A DNA stretch of 64,000 bases from Octopus sinensis (GCF_006345805.1 NC_043021.1:19840001-19904000); one strand, 5' to 3'; counted from the first letter of the stretch, positions 37,831-52,217 are shown. Numbers and translations: made by a program. Notes: generated by a model not told the origin, from the sequence alone.

Positions 37831-38005
37831 TGCTCCTCTGCCGAGCGACCGCGGCGGAGGGGTGCAAAGGAAAACACCGCCGCCGCCGCCCCTCTCCGCC
37901 TGCCTACCTACCTACCTACCTACCTACCTACCCACCTGCCCATCCACAGAAAACAACCAGTCGCTCATCACTAACTCTCCTCCTCTAACTTTACCACTGA
38001 GAGAA

Positions 38006-38036
<31 letters not shown>

Positions 38037-38459
38037 GAGAGAGATACTGATGTGCACATCCATCCAAATATTTAGTCCAAAGTTTTTTTGTTTTTTTTCA
38101 AACTTTTGAGCGTGGTTTTTTTTTTTTTTTGGAGTGGGAGGTGAGGTGGAAGAATATCCTTTATTCATGATGCTGCTGTTGTTGTTGATGTATCTGTTCT
38201 GATTTAGTAGACTGCTTTGTGTGTGCATGTGTGCATGTGTGTGTGTGTGCGAGAGAGAGACAGAGAGAGAGCTTGTATGTGTGCCTGTGCTTGTATGTGT
38301 GTATGCGCGAGTGTGTATAATGTTTACGTATATAATGTATATGTATATATAAATAAATAATATATATTAAAATGTATACATTACTTAATAATGTATCATT
38401 ATATATGTGTTTTAATCATGTATACATACATACTCACACACACACACACATACACATAG

Positions 38460-38495
<36 letters not shown>

Positions 38496-38658
38496 CTAAT
38501 AAAATGTTTATGTATAAGATATATGTGTACATATATACCTACACGCATATGTGTGTATGTATGTATGTATGTAAATTCTGTGGAAAAAGCTATTATGGAA
38601 TATTCTTTGCAGTGACCAATATTTAAGATACCTGAGCGGTTCTTCCCTCCTCCTCCCT

Positions 38659-38699
<41 letters not shown>

Positions 38700-39544
38700 T
38701 CACACATATCCTTTCTCTTTCTCCCATCTTCCTTCTTTTTCTTTGTTTCTGCCGTCCCCCACTTCCTCACCCATCAAAATATCTTCTTTATTAATGTTAC
38801 CTGTTGTGATGATGTCTGCCGTTATTTTAGTCCGTTAGCGACGGCTTCGGCTTCGCTGGTTTTCTATAACCCCTCCAACCCCCATCAAAGATTTATACGT
38901 TCGCAAACCCCACACCCCACCCATCCCCCACCGTGAACTTCATCATTTAGACGAGTACTTCTTGTGTCCACACTCACCAACCTGGCCCCTAACAACTGTA
39001 CTTTCAGCCTCTTGAAAGCCTGAGATTATTTGTGGACCTGACAATACTCAAGTCAAACGCACTTCCAGCTTTCCACAACTCATTCATTTGTACTTACAGG
39101 ACACGATCAACACCACTCCTTACTTAGAAACCTTATGTAGTCCAAGTGTACCAACAGCTAGCTCTTAACTAATCATGGTGTACACACAGCTTCGAATAAC
39201 AGGACTACGCTCTCATATTTGCAATTTGCTACTAAGTACTTTCAACCCCTGTTAGTTTGAACTGATGTAGTGTGTTTAGCTTAGAGTGGCATTGTAGTGT
39301 ATTTAGAATTTTGTGGTAGCATCTCTAGTTTAGTGCATTTAGTGTGTGTAGTTTAGAGCAGTGCAGTAGCATTTGGCAGATTTGGTGAAAAAAGGGAATA
39401 TTCAACATTTTCGAATTTATCACAAAAGCCATTTAACCTATTAGCGATCAGATTCCTTTGTCGAATCTTATTTAAAAAAAATTTTTTTTTTAATTTAGTT
39501 TTAGCTCACAAGCTGTGGCCATGCTGGGGCACCGCCAATTTTTG

Positions 39545-39875
39545 TTGCTACATGATTTTACTTCACGAATGCTTTTTAGCAATTGCCATTTGGTGCATGA
39601 GAGAGTTCAATGCAGCTGCCCTCATCTGCACCTCCTGCCGTGAAGTTGGTTCATCTGGGACACCTGACAAGAAGAGATCCAGTTTCATCTTAAAGACATC
39701 TGCATCCACCCCATGCAGGTCTCTTAGGTTCTTCGGGAGGATATTGAAGAGCTGTGGGCCTCGGAAGCCCAGGCTATCACAGTATCTTGTCCTACATCTT
39801 GATGGCAAATTTGGAGTCCTTGGTACTATGCAGTGGCACCCAGTTCTGGCATTTGTGTAACTCTCGATGCCAAAG
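39545..39875 (-). mobile_element. CR1-like LINE ORF2 C-terminal fragment
   Basis: CDSLGFRGPQLFNILPKNLRDLHGVDADVFKMKLDLFLSGVPDEP matches the RGPrLFNxLP...FKxxLDxFL..iPDxP motif. Confidence 0.75.
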
Positions 39876-40654
39876 TGTTTGTTAATTCATGTATTTTTTA
39901 ACTGATTTTGCGTTATCTCATAGCTTCAAGGTTTCAATGTGAAGTGGTTGGCATTTGGGCGAGCACCCAGCTGTAAGAACCATGCCAAAACTGACCTCGC
40001 CTGTGCTGGTGCCACGTCAAAAGCACTCAGTCCACTCTGCAGGGTGGTTGGTGTTAGGAAGGGCATCCAGCCGTAAAAAAAACCATGCCAGAACGGATAC
40101 AGTATCTTGGTGTGGTCTTCTGTCTGGCCGGCTCCTGCCAAACCGTCCAACCCATGCCAGCATGGAAGGCAGATGTTGATGATGAAGATGATGATGGTGA
40201 TGATTGTTCGTTTTTGGAAAGACATTGTAGGATAGGTGTGAGAGGTTGGATCTGGCCAATTTGAAAATGAAATAGGTAGAATATTTGGGCCAGATATGGC
40301 TGGTTTACATGCTAAGGGTTAAATTTTTCCAAAGAATATGGAACTAAAGTTCCATATTTTTTGTGAGTTAGTGAATTGTTTACAAATTTGAATACCTTTT
40401 TAAAAGAACCATTATCATTTAATAACTGCTGAAGTACTGAAACAAGAACGCTATCGGAAATTCTTTTATTATATCTTTTTTAAGATTTCATTGCTTAGAA
40501 ACTTGAATGCATTATTTAAGTAAAATATATTCATCAATAACACAGGGATATTTTATCAGAAAATTGCATATTTATAGCAATCTAGTTATAATTACTTACA
40601 TTAATTAGTGTAATTCATTATGTTTTCATTATGATGCAATATTGTGGTGCTTGT

Positions 40655-40935
40655 CTGCCGAGCTCAAATTTGCCTTTCATCCTTTTGGGGTCAATAAATT
40701 AAGTATCAGTTGTGTACTGGGGTCGATCTAATCGACTGGCCCTCACTCCCCCAAAATTTCAGGCCTTGTGCCTAGAGTAGAAAAGGATGTTGTTGGGATT
40801 GTCTGCCGAGGTCAACTTTGCCTTTCATCCTTTCGGGGTCAATAAATTAAGTATCAGTTGTGTACTGGGGTCGATCTAATCGACTGGCCCCCCACTCCCC
40901 CAAAATTTCAGGCCTTGTGCCTAGAGTAGAAAAGA
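40655..40935 (+). repeat. ~130-bp tandem duplication of a family B SINE segment
   Basis: Two copies of tgtctgccgag...ggccttgtgcctagagtagaaaag. Confidence 0.8.
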
Positions 40936-42886
40936 ATATTGGGGTGCTCGTTTGTTTCCGACCACCCCAACTTAAACTTCAATGTGAAAGACCGAATTAA
41001 GCTCTCTTTCTACTCTTTCTTTCTTTCTTTCATTTTATGCATGGACGGCGTTTCAAATATACGTCTTAGGTAAAGAGAACAATTTCTGAAAATTTATTGA
41101 CTATTCTCTTCCTCCACGAAACTCTTTGTTTCTAGTTTGGAGTGATGTAGTCATTTATCTAGTTTAGAGTGATTTCGTTAGCATAAATTATGATAATACG
41201 TGTTGATTTCAAAACTGATGTGATATGATGTTAACAAATGGTATACAGTGGTGTGTGATAGCTGGAGATAGTTGATATACCAGCATTCAGATAATATTGT
41301 ATTGAGCTATATCTATATATATATATGAAAATAAGCTGACAGAGAAATAAACGATTATCTTATGAATTTCATAGTGAAAGATATTCGATTATTCCTGTGT
41401 CATTCATTTTCTTATTAACCGCTTTGTACTCGACTAATTCTTCATTCAGAAACATATGTATATTGAATTCTACACCAAAGTAATTAGTTTTACTATGCCT
41501 AAGCGAAATGTGTGTTGTGTGTGTGTGTGTACATGAATATATTTAGACATATATAAGTTTGGTGATGCAACCGTGAAAATAGAACTCAAGTCATGAATAT
41601 ATATGTGTGTGTGTGTGTGTGTGCGTTTTTTATCAATAATTAGCAGAAGTTACAGAGTGAATCAAGGGCCAAGGATTTCATTGGCAATTTACCAATGCTT
41701 TAAACTCTCAGCCCTTGAGTCACTCTGAAATTCTGCCTATTATCAATAAAAAAAAAATGTATACACTGTGTGTGTGTGTGTGTGTGGTGCACTTGCATAT
41801 GTTGATAGATAGATAGATAGACAGATAGATAGATAGAGCAGTGAGCTGGCAGAAAGGTTAGCACACCGGGCGAAATGCTTAGCAGTATTTCATCTGTCTT
41901 TTACGTTCTGAGTTCAAATTCTGCCGAGGTCGACTTTGCCTTTCATCCTTTTGGGGGGAGTCGATAAATTAAGTACCAGTTACGCACTGGGGTCGATGTA
42001 ATCGACTTAATCCCTTTGTCTGTCCTTGTTTGTTCCCTCTGTGTTTAGCCCCTTGTGGCACTAAAGAAATAAGAAAGATAGGTAGATAGAATAGATAGAT
42101 AGATAGATAGTATGCATGTGTGTATGTATGTATGAGCTGAAAAAAAACCAATATCTAATACCGATCAATTCCAGTAAAACGGTGTTGATTACAGGAAAAG
42201 AATGTTTTAGAATGTTAAATCTACAGAATACTAAAAAGAAAAGAAAACCTCGTTAAGGGTTCTTTTGTCACAATTGTCAACCAATTTTCTGTGATTTTGT
42301 CTGGACTGTTCCCATCCATCAATCGACAAAAATCCTTCATCCCAGTGTCTTTGGGTTTGTTTTTTGTTTCGTTTTTCCTGTCCCAGACATTCCATGTTGT
42401 TGTTATTATTGTTGTTGTGTCTTTTCTGATCTACCCAGCTCTTAGTCAACCCTGATCCAGCAGTCCTCTCTCTCCAAAACACATTCCAGCAGCTGACATA
42501 CACCTTCCTGTCTTTGATTTCTGATAGATCAATCAGATTATTATTTCGAGAACCCCTGCGTTAACTCAGCTGTCCTTTTTTTAATTTTCGTTTTGTCTTT
42601 TTAAAAATTTTTTTTTACCTTTTTCGGTGACTCTAGACACGAGAGTGATTTAGCTGCTGTTTCTAGCCAATTGAGTAATCATGTAGAGGTCCCCCTCATT
42701 GCTTTGTTACTGTTGTTGTTGTTGTCGTCGTTAGATGGCTAAAGACCGAATTTATATTTAAAGAGAAAAAAATCAACCAAATTAATGGAAATTTGGATAC
42801 AAATCTGTAATTATTTTATTCAAAGGGTACGTCTTAAACTTTGCACACGTACACATACACACATACATATAAACACATATATGTAT

Positions 42887-42917
<31 letters not shown>

Positions 42918-42936
42918 GAGAACATATATATATATT

Positions 42937-42973
<37 letters not shown>

Positions 42974-43454
42974 CATACATACATATATATAATAGACCCA
43001 CACATACATGCACACACACGCACACACACACATCACACTAGTAAATACATTATATATGGCTGTGTGGTAAGAAGCTTGCTTCCCCACCACATGGTTCTGG
43101 GTTCAGTTTCATTCTCGACATCTCGGGCGAGTGTCTTTTATTATAGCCTTGGGCCAACCAGACCCTTGTGAGTGGATTTGGTAAACGGAAACTGTAAGAA
43201 GCCCATCATGGGTGTGTGTGTGTGTGTGTGTGTGTGTGCATTTGTTCCCCCACTGCTGCTCGACAGCTGGTGCTGGTGCATTTGCATCTGTGACCTAGTG
43301 GTTTGGCAAAAGAGACTGATAGAATAAGTACCAGGCTTAAAAAGCAGAGTAAGTACTGGAATTCCTCAAAGCAGTGCTCCAGCATGGCCACACACTAATG
43401 ACTGAAATAAGAAAAAGACAAAAGATAAAAGGTTTATACACACATGTATAAATG

Positions 43455-44530
43455 CATTACACACACACACACAAATACACACACATACACACAAATACAC
43501 ACAACAAATCCACACACACACAAATACACACACACAAATACACACACACACACAAATACACACACACATACACACACCACACAATACACACACACACAAA
43601 TACACACACACGACACAAATACACCCACACCACACACAAATCACACACACACACACACAAATACACAACACACAAATACACAACACACAAATACACACAC
43701 ACATACACACAATACACACACACACACAACAACACCCACACAGACCAATACACACACACAAATACACACACACACAAATACACACACACACAAATACACA
43801 CACACAAAATACACCACCACCAATACACCCACACACAAATAACCACACACACACAAACACACACACACAAATACACACACACACAAATACACACACACAC
43901 AAATACACACCACAAATACACACACACAAATACACACACACAAATATCACACACACACACAAATACACACACACACAAATACACCCACCACAATACACAC
44001 ACACAAATATACACACACACAATACACACACACAATACACACACACACACAAATACACACACACACAAATACACACACACACACAAATACACACACACAC
44101 ACAAATACACAACACACACACACAAATACACACACACACAAATACACACACACAAATACACACACATACACACAAACACACACACACACACAAATACACA
44201 CACACACACAATACACACACACAAATACACACCACACACACAAATACACACACACACAAATACACACACACACAAATACACACACACACAAATACACACA
44301 CACACAAATACACACACACAAATACACACACACACAAATACACACACACAACAATACACACACAACAAAACACACACACATACACACAAAACAACACACA
44401 CACACAAATACACACACACACAAATACACACACACACAAATACACACACACAATACACACACACACAAATACACACACACACAAATACACACACACACAA
44501 ATACACACACACAAATACACACACGCACAT
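43455..44530. repeat. (CA)n-derived cryptic minisatellite (aaatacacacacac units)
   Basis: Direct inspection; source of the long CV/HT ORFs. Confidence 0.95.
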
Positions 44531-44969
44531 ATATATAAGGATAAATATTGGTGACATAGTCGTTATTCTTTAGCCCAAGGTCAAACATGATCCAGGTGAC
44601 CTATGATTGAAGGCATGCTTTCCAAAACCTGACCATCCTGTCTTTTAGAGCACCAGGTGCTACACTATCCAATACATATTACCCTCCAATGCTGCCCCGC
44701 CCCTATTTTATTCAAGATATCAGTAAAGCGTGATTCGAGGGAGAGAGTTAGGTCGCAGTTTTTTTCTAGCAGGGTCCAACGTGATCGAGAAGAAGAAGAA
44801 GCAAGTTGCAAGATTCCCATCTTCGGTTCGTAATGGTTCTTCACTGCTTCTCGGAATCTGATGAATGCAGTGACTCAACAATGGTTCAGCGCCTTCGATG
44901 GCTTTTAACTGATTCTAGTTGGACAATTAGATCTTCTTTGACCGGCGCATTGACTGCGAGCCAGACGCG

Positions 44970-45006
<37 letters not shown>

Positions 45007-45008
45007 CG

Positions 45009-45046
<38 letters not shown>

Positions 45047-45345
45047 GCTACTGCTACTGCTGCTCATGCTGCTGACGATGATGCAGTTAACAAGAACAAC
45101 AATAATAAAGTTATTTTTGTTTAAAATCTTACTTAGGCATAATTAATAATTATAATAGAAATATTTCATCTCGGCTGATGTTTATTTTAGCCAAACGAGT
45201 TAAATTAAATGCGAATATTTTCCTCGTGAAGCTATTAAGGGTAACTATAACGACAAGAACAATATCAATGATGATGATAATAGTGATGGTGATGATGAGA
45301 ATGAATTCTTTAGTGGTCACACAGTAGCTATATATATATATATTA

Positions 45346-45388
<43 letters not shown>

Positions 45389-45570
45389 TTCAGCATGGTG
45401 GGTCTCTCTCAGATATCCTAATTTATAATTTTAAATAATTATTACCTTTGTATGGTATTTATTCCCATGCTGGCCACTGATAAGATCGATATTTAAAATC
45501 GATATCATCCTTATTTATAAATTTATATATATATATCTGTGTGTGGTGTGTGTGTCGTATATATCTATAT

Positions 45571-45607
<37 letters not shown>

Positions 45608-45630
45608 GATATATATATATATATATATAT

Positions 45631-45756
45631 CAATAAGACTGAACACGAAAGTCAACATGCTAGATATAGACGTCAAATCGCCATTCTCCAGAAATGGCGA
45701 TTTGACGTCTATATCTAGCATGTTGACTGTTCACTTTTCGTGTTCAGTCCTTATTG
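45631..45756. repeat. Long palindrome: 35-bp perfect stem with 7-nt loop plus ~19-bp outer arms; MITE-like
   Basis: 45651-45685 is the exact reverse complement of 45693-45727. Confidence 0.9.
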
Positions 45757-47347
45757 GTATATATAAATATTTTAATCTTCGGATTCTTTTTTAATATGCT
45801 AGACCACTGGTTTTAGGTAATTGATAAATATCAATTTCTACCCTTAATTAATTTTATATAAAAATTATATATATATATACACACACACACACATACACAC
45901 ACAAATAGAAACACATATACATATACATGTGTATATGTGTGTATGTATGTGTATATAAAACAGTGAAGATATTTTCAAGTGTTTATTTTATTAGTGAATA
46001 CCCATTTGTAATTATAAAAGAATAATTCTAAGTAACATATACACACATATACACACCTACACAGATACACACAAACACAAACCTACACACACACACACAC
46101 CACATACATACCGTTTTTTATCTTTTGCATGATGGGATTGTTAACCCTTGCAAGGCAAGCTGTGCTGGAAATGTCTTTAAAGTAGGATGTAGGCAGGAGT
46201 GGGGAGGTGCTAGAAATGTACCAAGAGCAGGATTCCAAAGATGGTGGTGGGCAGGTGGGTGGGTGTTTGGGTTGGTGGGTGGGCGTTTATAATACATTTG
46301 GCAGATATGTGACCGATTGCTGATAGTAGTGGAATATTGGCCCTCCAAGACTGTATATTTGCAAAGGAGGACGTCTGGTTTTTGAATATTTCTATCAAAG
46401 TGACCACCACTAAAGATATATAGAGACTAGGTGGTAGTGGTGTTAAACCATATGGGGCACTTTGAGCAGCCCCCTAAATAGGGGCCCCAATATTAAAAGA
46501 AAATAAGGTGGCAAGCTGGCAAAACTGTTTGCATGCCGGACAAAATGCTTTTTGCAGCATTTCTTTCAGGTTTATGTCCTAAGTTCAAATTCTGCTGAGG
46601 TCGACTTTGCTTTTCATCCTTTTGGGGTCAGTGAAATAAGTACCAGTTGGGAATTGGGGTCAACGTAATTGACTAGACCCCCTCTCTTTCAAAATTTCAG
46701 GCCTTGTACTTATAGCAGAAAGAAATATTAAAAGCAAATCTTAGAAATTAGGAGGGTGTCTGTTCTGACCTGGCAGATATATTAATCAAAGATGTTCCAG
46801 CCTTGACCATCACATTTATATCTTCGTTTTTTTTGTTTTGTCTCTATATTCACTATATTATCCAACAGTGTTCTTCCATTTTTAAAATGGTAGGAAGTCA
46901 TTTGAGGAAGGCTTGGCTGTTATTTCTTGCAATTTCAATGAGTACATAGAGGATACCTTGTTTTGTTGTGTTGTGAACTCTGTTCTTGTTATTATTGTTT
47001 AGCCCTGCCCACTCACCCCGGCTCGTTGGTAGACCTAAAATGTACTCCAGCCATATCATCCTGGGGTTTGTTTTTTTTTTCTCTTTCTGATAAAACATTT
47101 CTACTCCTACATTATCTAATGTACCCTTCCCTTCTTTAAGACAGGGTGGGGTAATTTGGTTGCTATTTCTAACTGGCCAAATGACCACATAAGGGCTCTG
47201 CTGTTGATTTTTGAAACTGATAATTAAATATGTCACCTCAGTCATCTTCATTTAAGGTTTGCATGGAATTAGCATTTCCTCAGTGCATCCCCCTCCCCTC
47301 TAATGACCTCAGTAAAGAGCAACATTTTATTATTATTATTATTATTA

Positions 47348-47378
<31 letters not shown>

Positions 47379-47380
47379 TA

Positions 47381-48010
47381 AGGCAGCGAGCTGGCAGAAA
47401 CGTTAGCACGCCGGGCAAAATGCTTAGCGGTATTTCGTCTGCCGTTACGTTGTGAGTTCAAATTCCGCCGAGGTCGACTTTGCCTTTCATCCTTTCGGGG
47501 TCGATAAATTAAGTACCAGTTACGCACTGGGGTCGATGTAATCGACTTAATACCTATGTCTGTCCTTGTTTGTCCCCTCTGTGTTTAGCCCCTTTTGGGT
47601 AGTAAAGAAATAGGTATTTCGTCTGCCACTACATTCTGGGTTCAAATTCTACCTTTCATCCTTTTAGGGTCAATAAATTAAGTACCAGTTGTGTACTGGG
47701 GGGTCGATCTAATCGACTGGCTCCCTCGCCCAAAATTTCAGACCTTGTGCCTAAAGTCGAAAGGATATTATTGTGATTATTATGATTATTTAGGCGGTGG
47801 GCTGACAGAATCGTTAAAACACCGGGCAAAAGGCTAGGCAACATTTCACCTGCCACTACATTCAGAGTTCAAATTCTGCCAAGGTCGACTTTGCCTTTCA
47901 TACTTTTGGGGTTAATAAAATAAGTACCAGCTGAGTACTAGGGTCAAAGTAATTGACATACTCTCATCCCCACCCCCACCCCGAAATTGCTGGCCTTGTG
48001 CCAAAATTTG

Positions 48011-48041
<31 letters not shown>

Positions 48042-48640
48042 TATTATTATTATTATTATTAAAGTGGTGAGCTGGCAGAATTACTTTGTGGCAGTTTGTC
48101 CATCTTTACATTCTGTCAGGGTCCACTTTGCATTTCATCCTTTCAGGGTTGATAAAATAAGTACCACTTGAATACAGGGGTCGATGTAATTTGACTTAAT
48201 CCCTCCCTTGGATTTGCTGGTCCTGTGCCAAAATTTGAAACCATTATTATTATTATCATTATTATTATTATTATTATTATTATTTTGTTATCAGCATTAA
48301 GGCGGCAAACTGGCAGAATCGTTAGCATGCCAGGCAAAATGCTCAGCGGTATTTCGTCTGCCGTCAAGTTTTGAGTTCAAATTCCGCTGAGGATGACTTT
48401 GCCTTTCATCCTTACGGAGCTGATAAAATTAGTACCAGTTATGTACTGAGGGGTTAAGGTAACCAACTTAATCCCTTCCCCCGAAATTTGAGCCTTTGTG
48501 CTTCCAGTAGCGGAGGAAGGGTGCTGGTTGATTACATTGACCCCCAGTACTCAACTGGTACTTATTTTATGGACCCCTGAAAAGATGAATGCCAAAGGCA
48601 ACCTCATTGGAGTGTAAAGATGGACAAAATGTTGGTAGGC
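47381..48640. mobile_element. Cluster of family B SINEs separated by (ATT)n
   Basis: Consensus matches. Confidence 0.8.
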
Positions 48641-48684
48641 ATTTTGGCTGGTATGCTAATAATTTTGCCAGCTTACCACCTTAA

Positions 48685-48903
48685 CCCTTTAGTGTTCTGA
48701 TTATTCTATCAAACATAATGCTTATTGATTCACATTGATTTGATTTAATCATGCATTATCTCATATCTTCAAGATGTTGATGGTGTAATTACCTAATGTA
48801 GAATAACATTGTAGGGTAGGTGTGAGAGCCTGGATCTGGTCAGTTTGAACAGAAAACAGATTAAATATTTTGGCCGGATATGGCTGGTTTAAATACTAAA
48901 GGG
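48685..48903. mobile_element. piggyBac-like MITE
   Basis: TTAA|CCCTTTAG ... CTAAAGGG|TTAA. Confidence 0.75.
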
Positions 48904-49417
48904 TTAATAATAATAACAATAATAATAATAATAATGATGTTTTCTACTCGAAGTACAAGGACTCGAATTTGGGGGAAGAGATTAAGTCGATTACATCGAC
49001 CCCAGTGTATAACTAGTACTGATTTTATTGACTCCGAAAGGAAGAAAGCAAAGTCGACCTCAGCGGAATGTAGTGGTGGACGAAATACTGCAAAGCATTT
49101 CACCCGACGTGCTAACAATTCTACCAGCTCGCCACCTTAAATAATAATAATAATAATAATAATAATGATGATGATGATGAGGATATATTTATAATAATGA
49201 TGATGATGATGATATATTAATAATAATGATAATGTCCTATAATTTTCTGAGTTCAATTATTGTTGGGGGTTGGCTTTTGTCCTTTTTCCTTCCAGAATTG
49301 ATAAAAAAAAAAAAGGGTAATAGTGGAGGAGGGTGGGGGTGGTATGGGGGTTCGACTAAATCAGCTGAACTCCTTAAAACAAATCATGTGGCCTTGTGCC
49401 TATGTCGGAAACCCTTG

Positions 49418-49452
<35 letters not shown>

Positions 49453-50389
49453 TGCATTTGGGAACTTTTTTTTTTTCCTGTCTTGCCATCCATGTTCTGT
49501 CTCTTTTCAACAAAAGATTATTTTAATGATCCCTGGACTTTTTCCCCCACCACAAGAATTTATAATGGGTTAAAAAAAATGTAAAAAGCACCAGGAATTG
49601 AAATTAAAGGCCCCGTAATTTTTTTTAATATATATTATATATATATATGTATATATATGTATATGTGTGTGTATATATATATATATTATAGCTTTCAGGT
49701 TTGCACTAAATTAAAGTGAAAAAAAAGTAAAGACCCAAATATTAAAATAAAATAAAATAAAATAAAAACAAAAACCTCACTAAAAAGAATAAAGAAAAAG
49801 CCAAATTCCAGAACTCCCCACCCCACCATCTCCACCAGACAGATATCCATTCCTTTACTTTTAATATTACTGCTGCAATGACCTTTTGACCCCAGTAAAT
49901 AGATTTGTTTCATCTTACTGACATAGAAGGGAGATTTCTGATTATTAAGAAAAGTTTTTTATTTTTTTCCGAGTTTCTCTCTTTCTCTCTCTCTCACACA
50001 GAAATTCCTTTCTTTTTGCCCTGCTGTCTTTTTTTTTTTTTTTCTTAATTTGCAATTTTAATTATCTAAAGAAATAATTATTAAAATTTATATTTTTGCT
50101 GCTGTTTTATTGAAAATGAGTGAAAAGAAAAAGAAAAAATATCTTGTAAGACTGAAATAAACTATAAAATGAACAAATACTGTTTGTCCCTTGTCCCCAT
50201 CACACACTCACACACATATGCATTTATGTACATACATGCATATATTATATGTGTGTATACACATACATACACATATACATACATATATATATAAATCATG
50301 TTGCACTTGGTCATGTGATCAACTTGGTTCTACTCTACTGCTTTTTGTCTTATCCGTCTTTGTCTTAATGTCCATACAGAGGTGATATC

Positions 50390-50780
50390 ATTTACATATG
50401 ACCCTTAAGCCTTTACATATGACCCTTAAATTGTTAGATGTAACTCTTATATTGTTAAATATGACCCTTATATCTTTACTTATGACCTTTGGAACATTAG
50501 ATATAACCCCTAAATCTGACTCTTAAATTGTTAGATGTGATCCTTAAATTGTTAAATATGACCCTTAAATTTTTACATATGACCCTTAAATTGTTAGATA
50601 TGACCCTTAAATCATAAGGTATGATACTTAAACCTTTAGGTATGATGACCCTTAAATCTTTACATATGGCCCTTAAATTGTTAAATATAACCCTTAAATT
50701 TTTATATTAATTGTTACATATGATCATTAAATTGTTATGTATGGCCCTTAAATTGTTAAATATGACCCTTAAATCTTTGA
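50390..50780. repeat. Degenerate ~21-bp AT-rich minisatellite (tatgacccttaaa core)
   Basis: Direct inspection. Confidence 0.85.
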
Positions 50781-51386
50781 ATATGTCTCTGAAATTATTT
50801 CCTCTTGTTGCAGGTGTTGCTTTATAAACAGAGCATCATCCCTTATTATACATCTCAGAAATCCTTATTGTAAAAGCCTGCCTAACTGCTTGGTTGCCAT
50901 TTGTAATGTCGTCTCCCTTAAAAAAAAAAGGTGACTTTGTGTCAAAACTAAACTTCTTTATGTAAAAAACAAACAACTTCATGTATTAAAAAAAATTGGC
51001 TATTTTATGTGGAAAAAAAAAAAAAAAGAATACTTTCTGTAAAGAAACAGTTTACATTTTGTACAAAAAAAAATTACTGTATGTTAAAAAAAAACAACAA
51101 AAACAGTCCAGTTTGTGTCAGAAAAAATGCTTACATCATGTTTAAGCAGGCTGTTCTGTATGCAACACCAATATTTGTTCAGTTAGTTTCCATTATGTGA
51201 AGCAGCTTATATATTATATAATTATTACAAACAGGCCAGACTATGTTGAGGCAGGCTACCATTTGCAAAAACAGTCTCTGTGATGATGTGAAATGAGCCG
51301 TTTTATTTTTTCAAAGCAGACTGCCATCGTTCATAGCAGCGTCCATTGTGTAAAGCAGCCATTGTTGATGTTGATGTTGTTATTGT

Positions 51387-51418
<32 letters not shown>

Positions 51419-51780
51419 TTGTTATTTAAGGCGGTGAGCTGGCAGAATTGTTAGCACTCTGGGCAAAATGCTTAGCGGCATTTCATTCAGTAATTTCACA
51501 TTCTGAGTTCAAATTCTGCCAAGGTCAACTTTGCCTTTCATCCTTTTGGGGTCAATGAAATAAGTACCAGTGAAACACTGGGGTCGATGTAGTCGACTAG
51601 TTCCCTCCCACCAAGTTTCAGGCTTTGTTCCTTTAGTAGAAAGAAAGAATTATTATTATTATTAAGAAAAGAAGAAGAGCGCGACTGTTATTAGTAATAA
51701 ATAGAGATTGACTCTGTTTATTAAAGTGAAAGTGAAACAAATCATTTTAATAAACAGAGTCAGTCTCTATTTATAACCAA

Positions 51781-52105
51781 CTAGCAGCATAGCCCAGCGT
51801 TGCCCAGATATGTAAGAACCCCTAGTAGGCAACGACTTGCGGCTGCAGCTGCGATTAGCAGAAGTATGCTAAGGTTATGTTGTCTGGTCATGTTTTCTCT
51901 CGTTGACTGCTTGAAGTGGCGGAATTTATAAATTTTTTTCAGAACTGGGGGGAACTTTTCAAAATTTTCGCTGCGTTAGTTTTGAATTATGACATTGGGC
52001 TATGTGTGTGTCAAGTTTCATCAGAATCGGTTGAAAGCCGTGGTCAGGGTGAGGGTACAACCTGACAGGCACACAGACAGACAACCTGCCTTTTATATAT
52101 AGAGA
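51781..52105 (-). mobile_element. Non-autonomous Helitron-like element
   Basis: Minus strand begins TC(TC)TATATATAAAAGG and ends ctgggcaacgctggg...GCTGCTAG|T. Confidence 0.65.
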
Positions 52106-52109
52106 AGAT

Positions 52110-52126
52110 ACATATACTTCGGCAAT

Positions 52127-52166
<40 letters not shown>

Positions 52167-52217
52167 GGCCCGTGTGCAAGGATGACACGCAAATTCATGA
52201 AGCGTTCAATATTCTTT
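52110..52217 (+). pseudogene. U6: U6 snRNA copy, probable retropseudogene
   Basis: CTTCGGCA..ACATATACTAAAATTGGAACGATACAGAGAAGATTAGCATGGCCC..GCAAGGATGACACGCAAATTC.TGAAGCGTTC. ACAGAGA box and AGC triad are intact. There are substitutions in the ISL, two CpG-type transitions, a divergent 5' end and a SINE tail fused at the 3' end. Confidence 0.9.

Noticed and set aside
43366-44588. Several 200-384-aa ORFs (CV- and HT-rich)
   Set aside because: Translations of a (CA)n-derived microsatellite
49226-50190. ORFs and odd sequence at 49.2-50.2 kb (also 54.0-54.6 kb)
   Set aside because: Degenerate SINE and AT-rich DNA with inflated homopolymers, consistent with low-quality consensus
52110-52217. Functional U6 gene
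   Set aside because: ISL and CpG-type substitutions, upstream DNA is transposon-derived with no recognisable PSE/TATA, and the 3' end is fused to a SINE tail.
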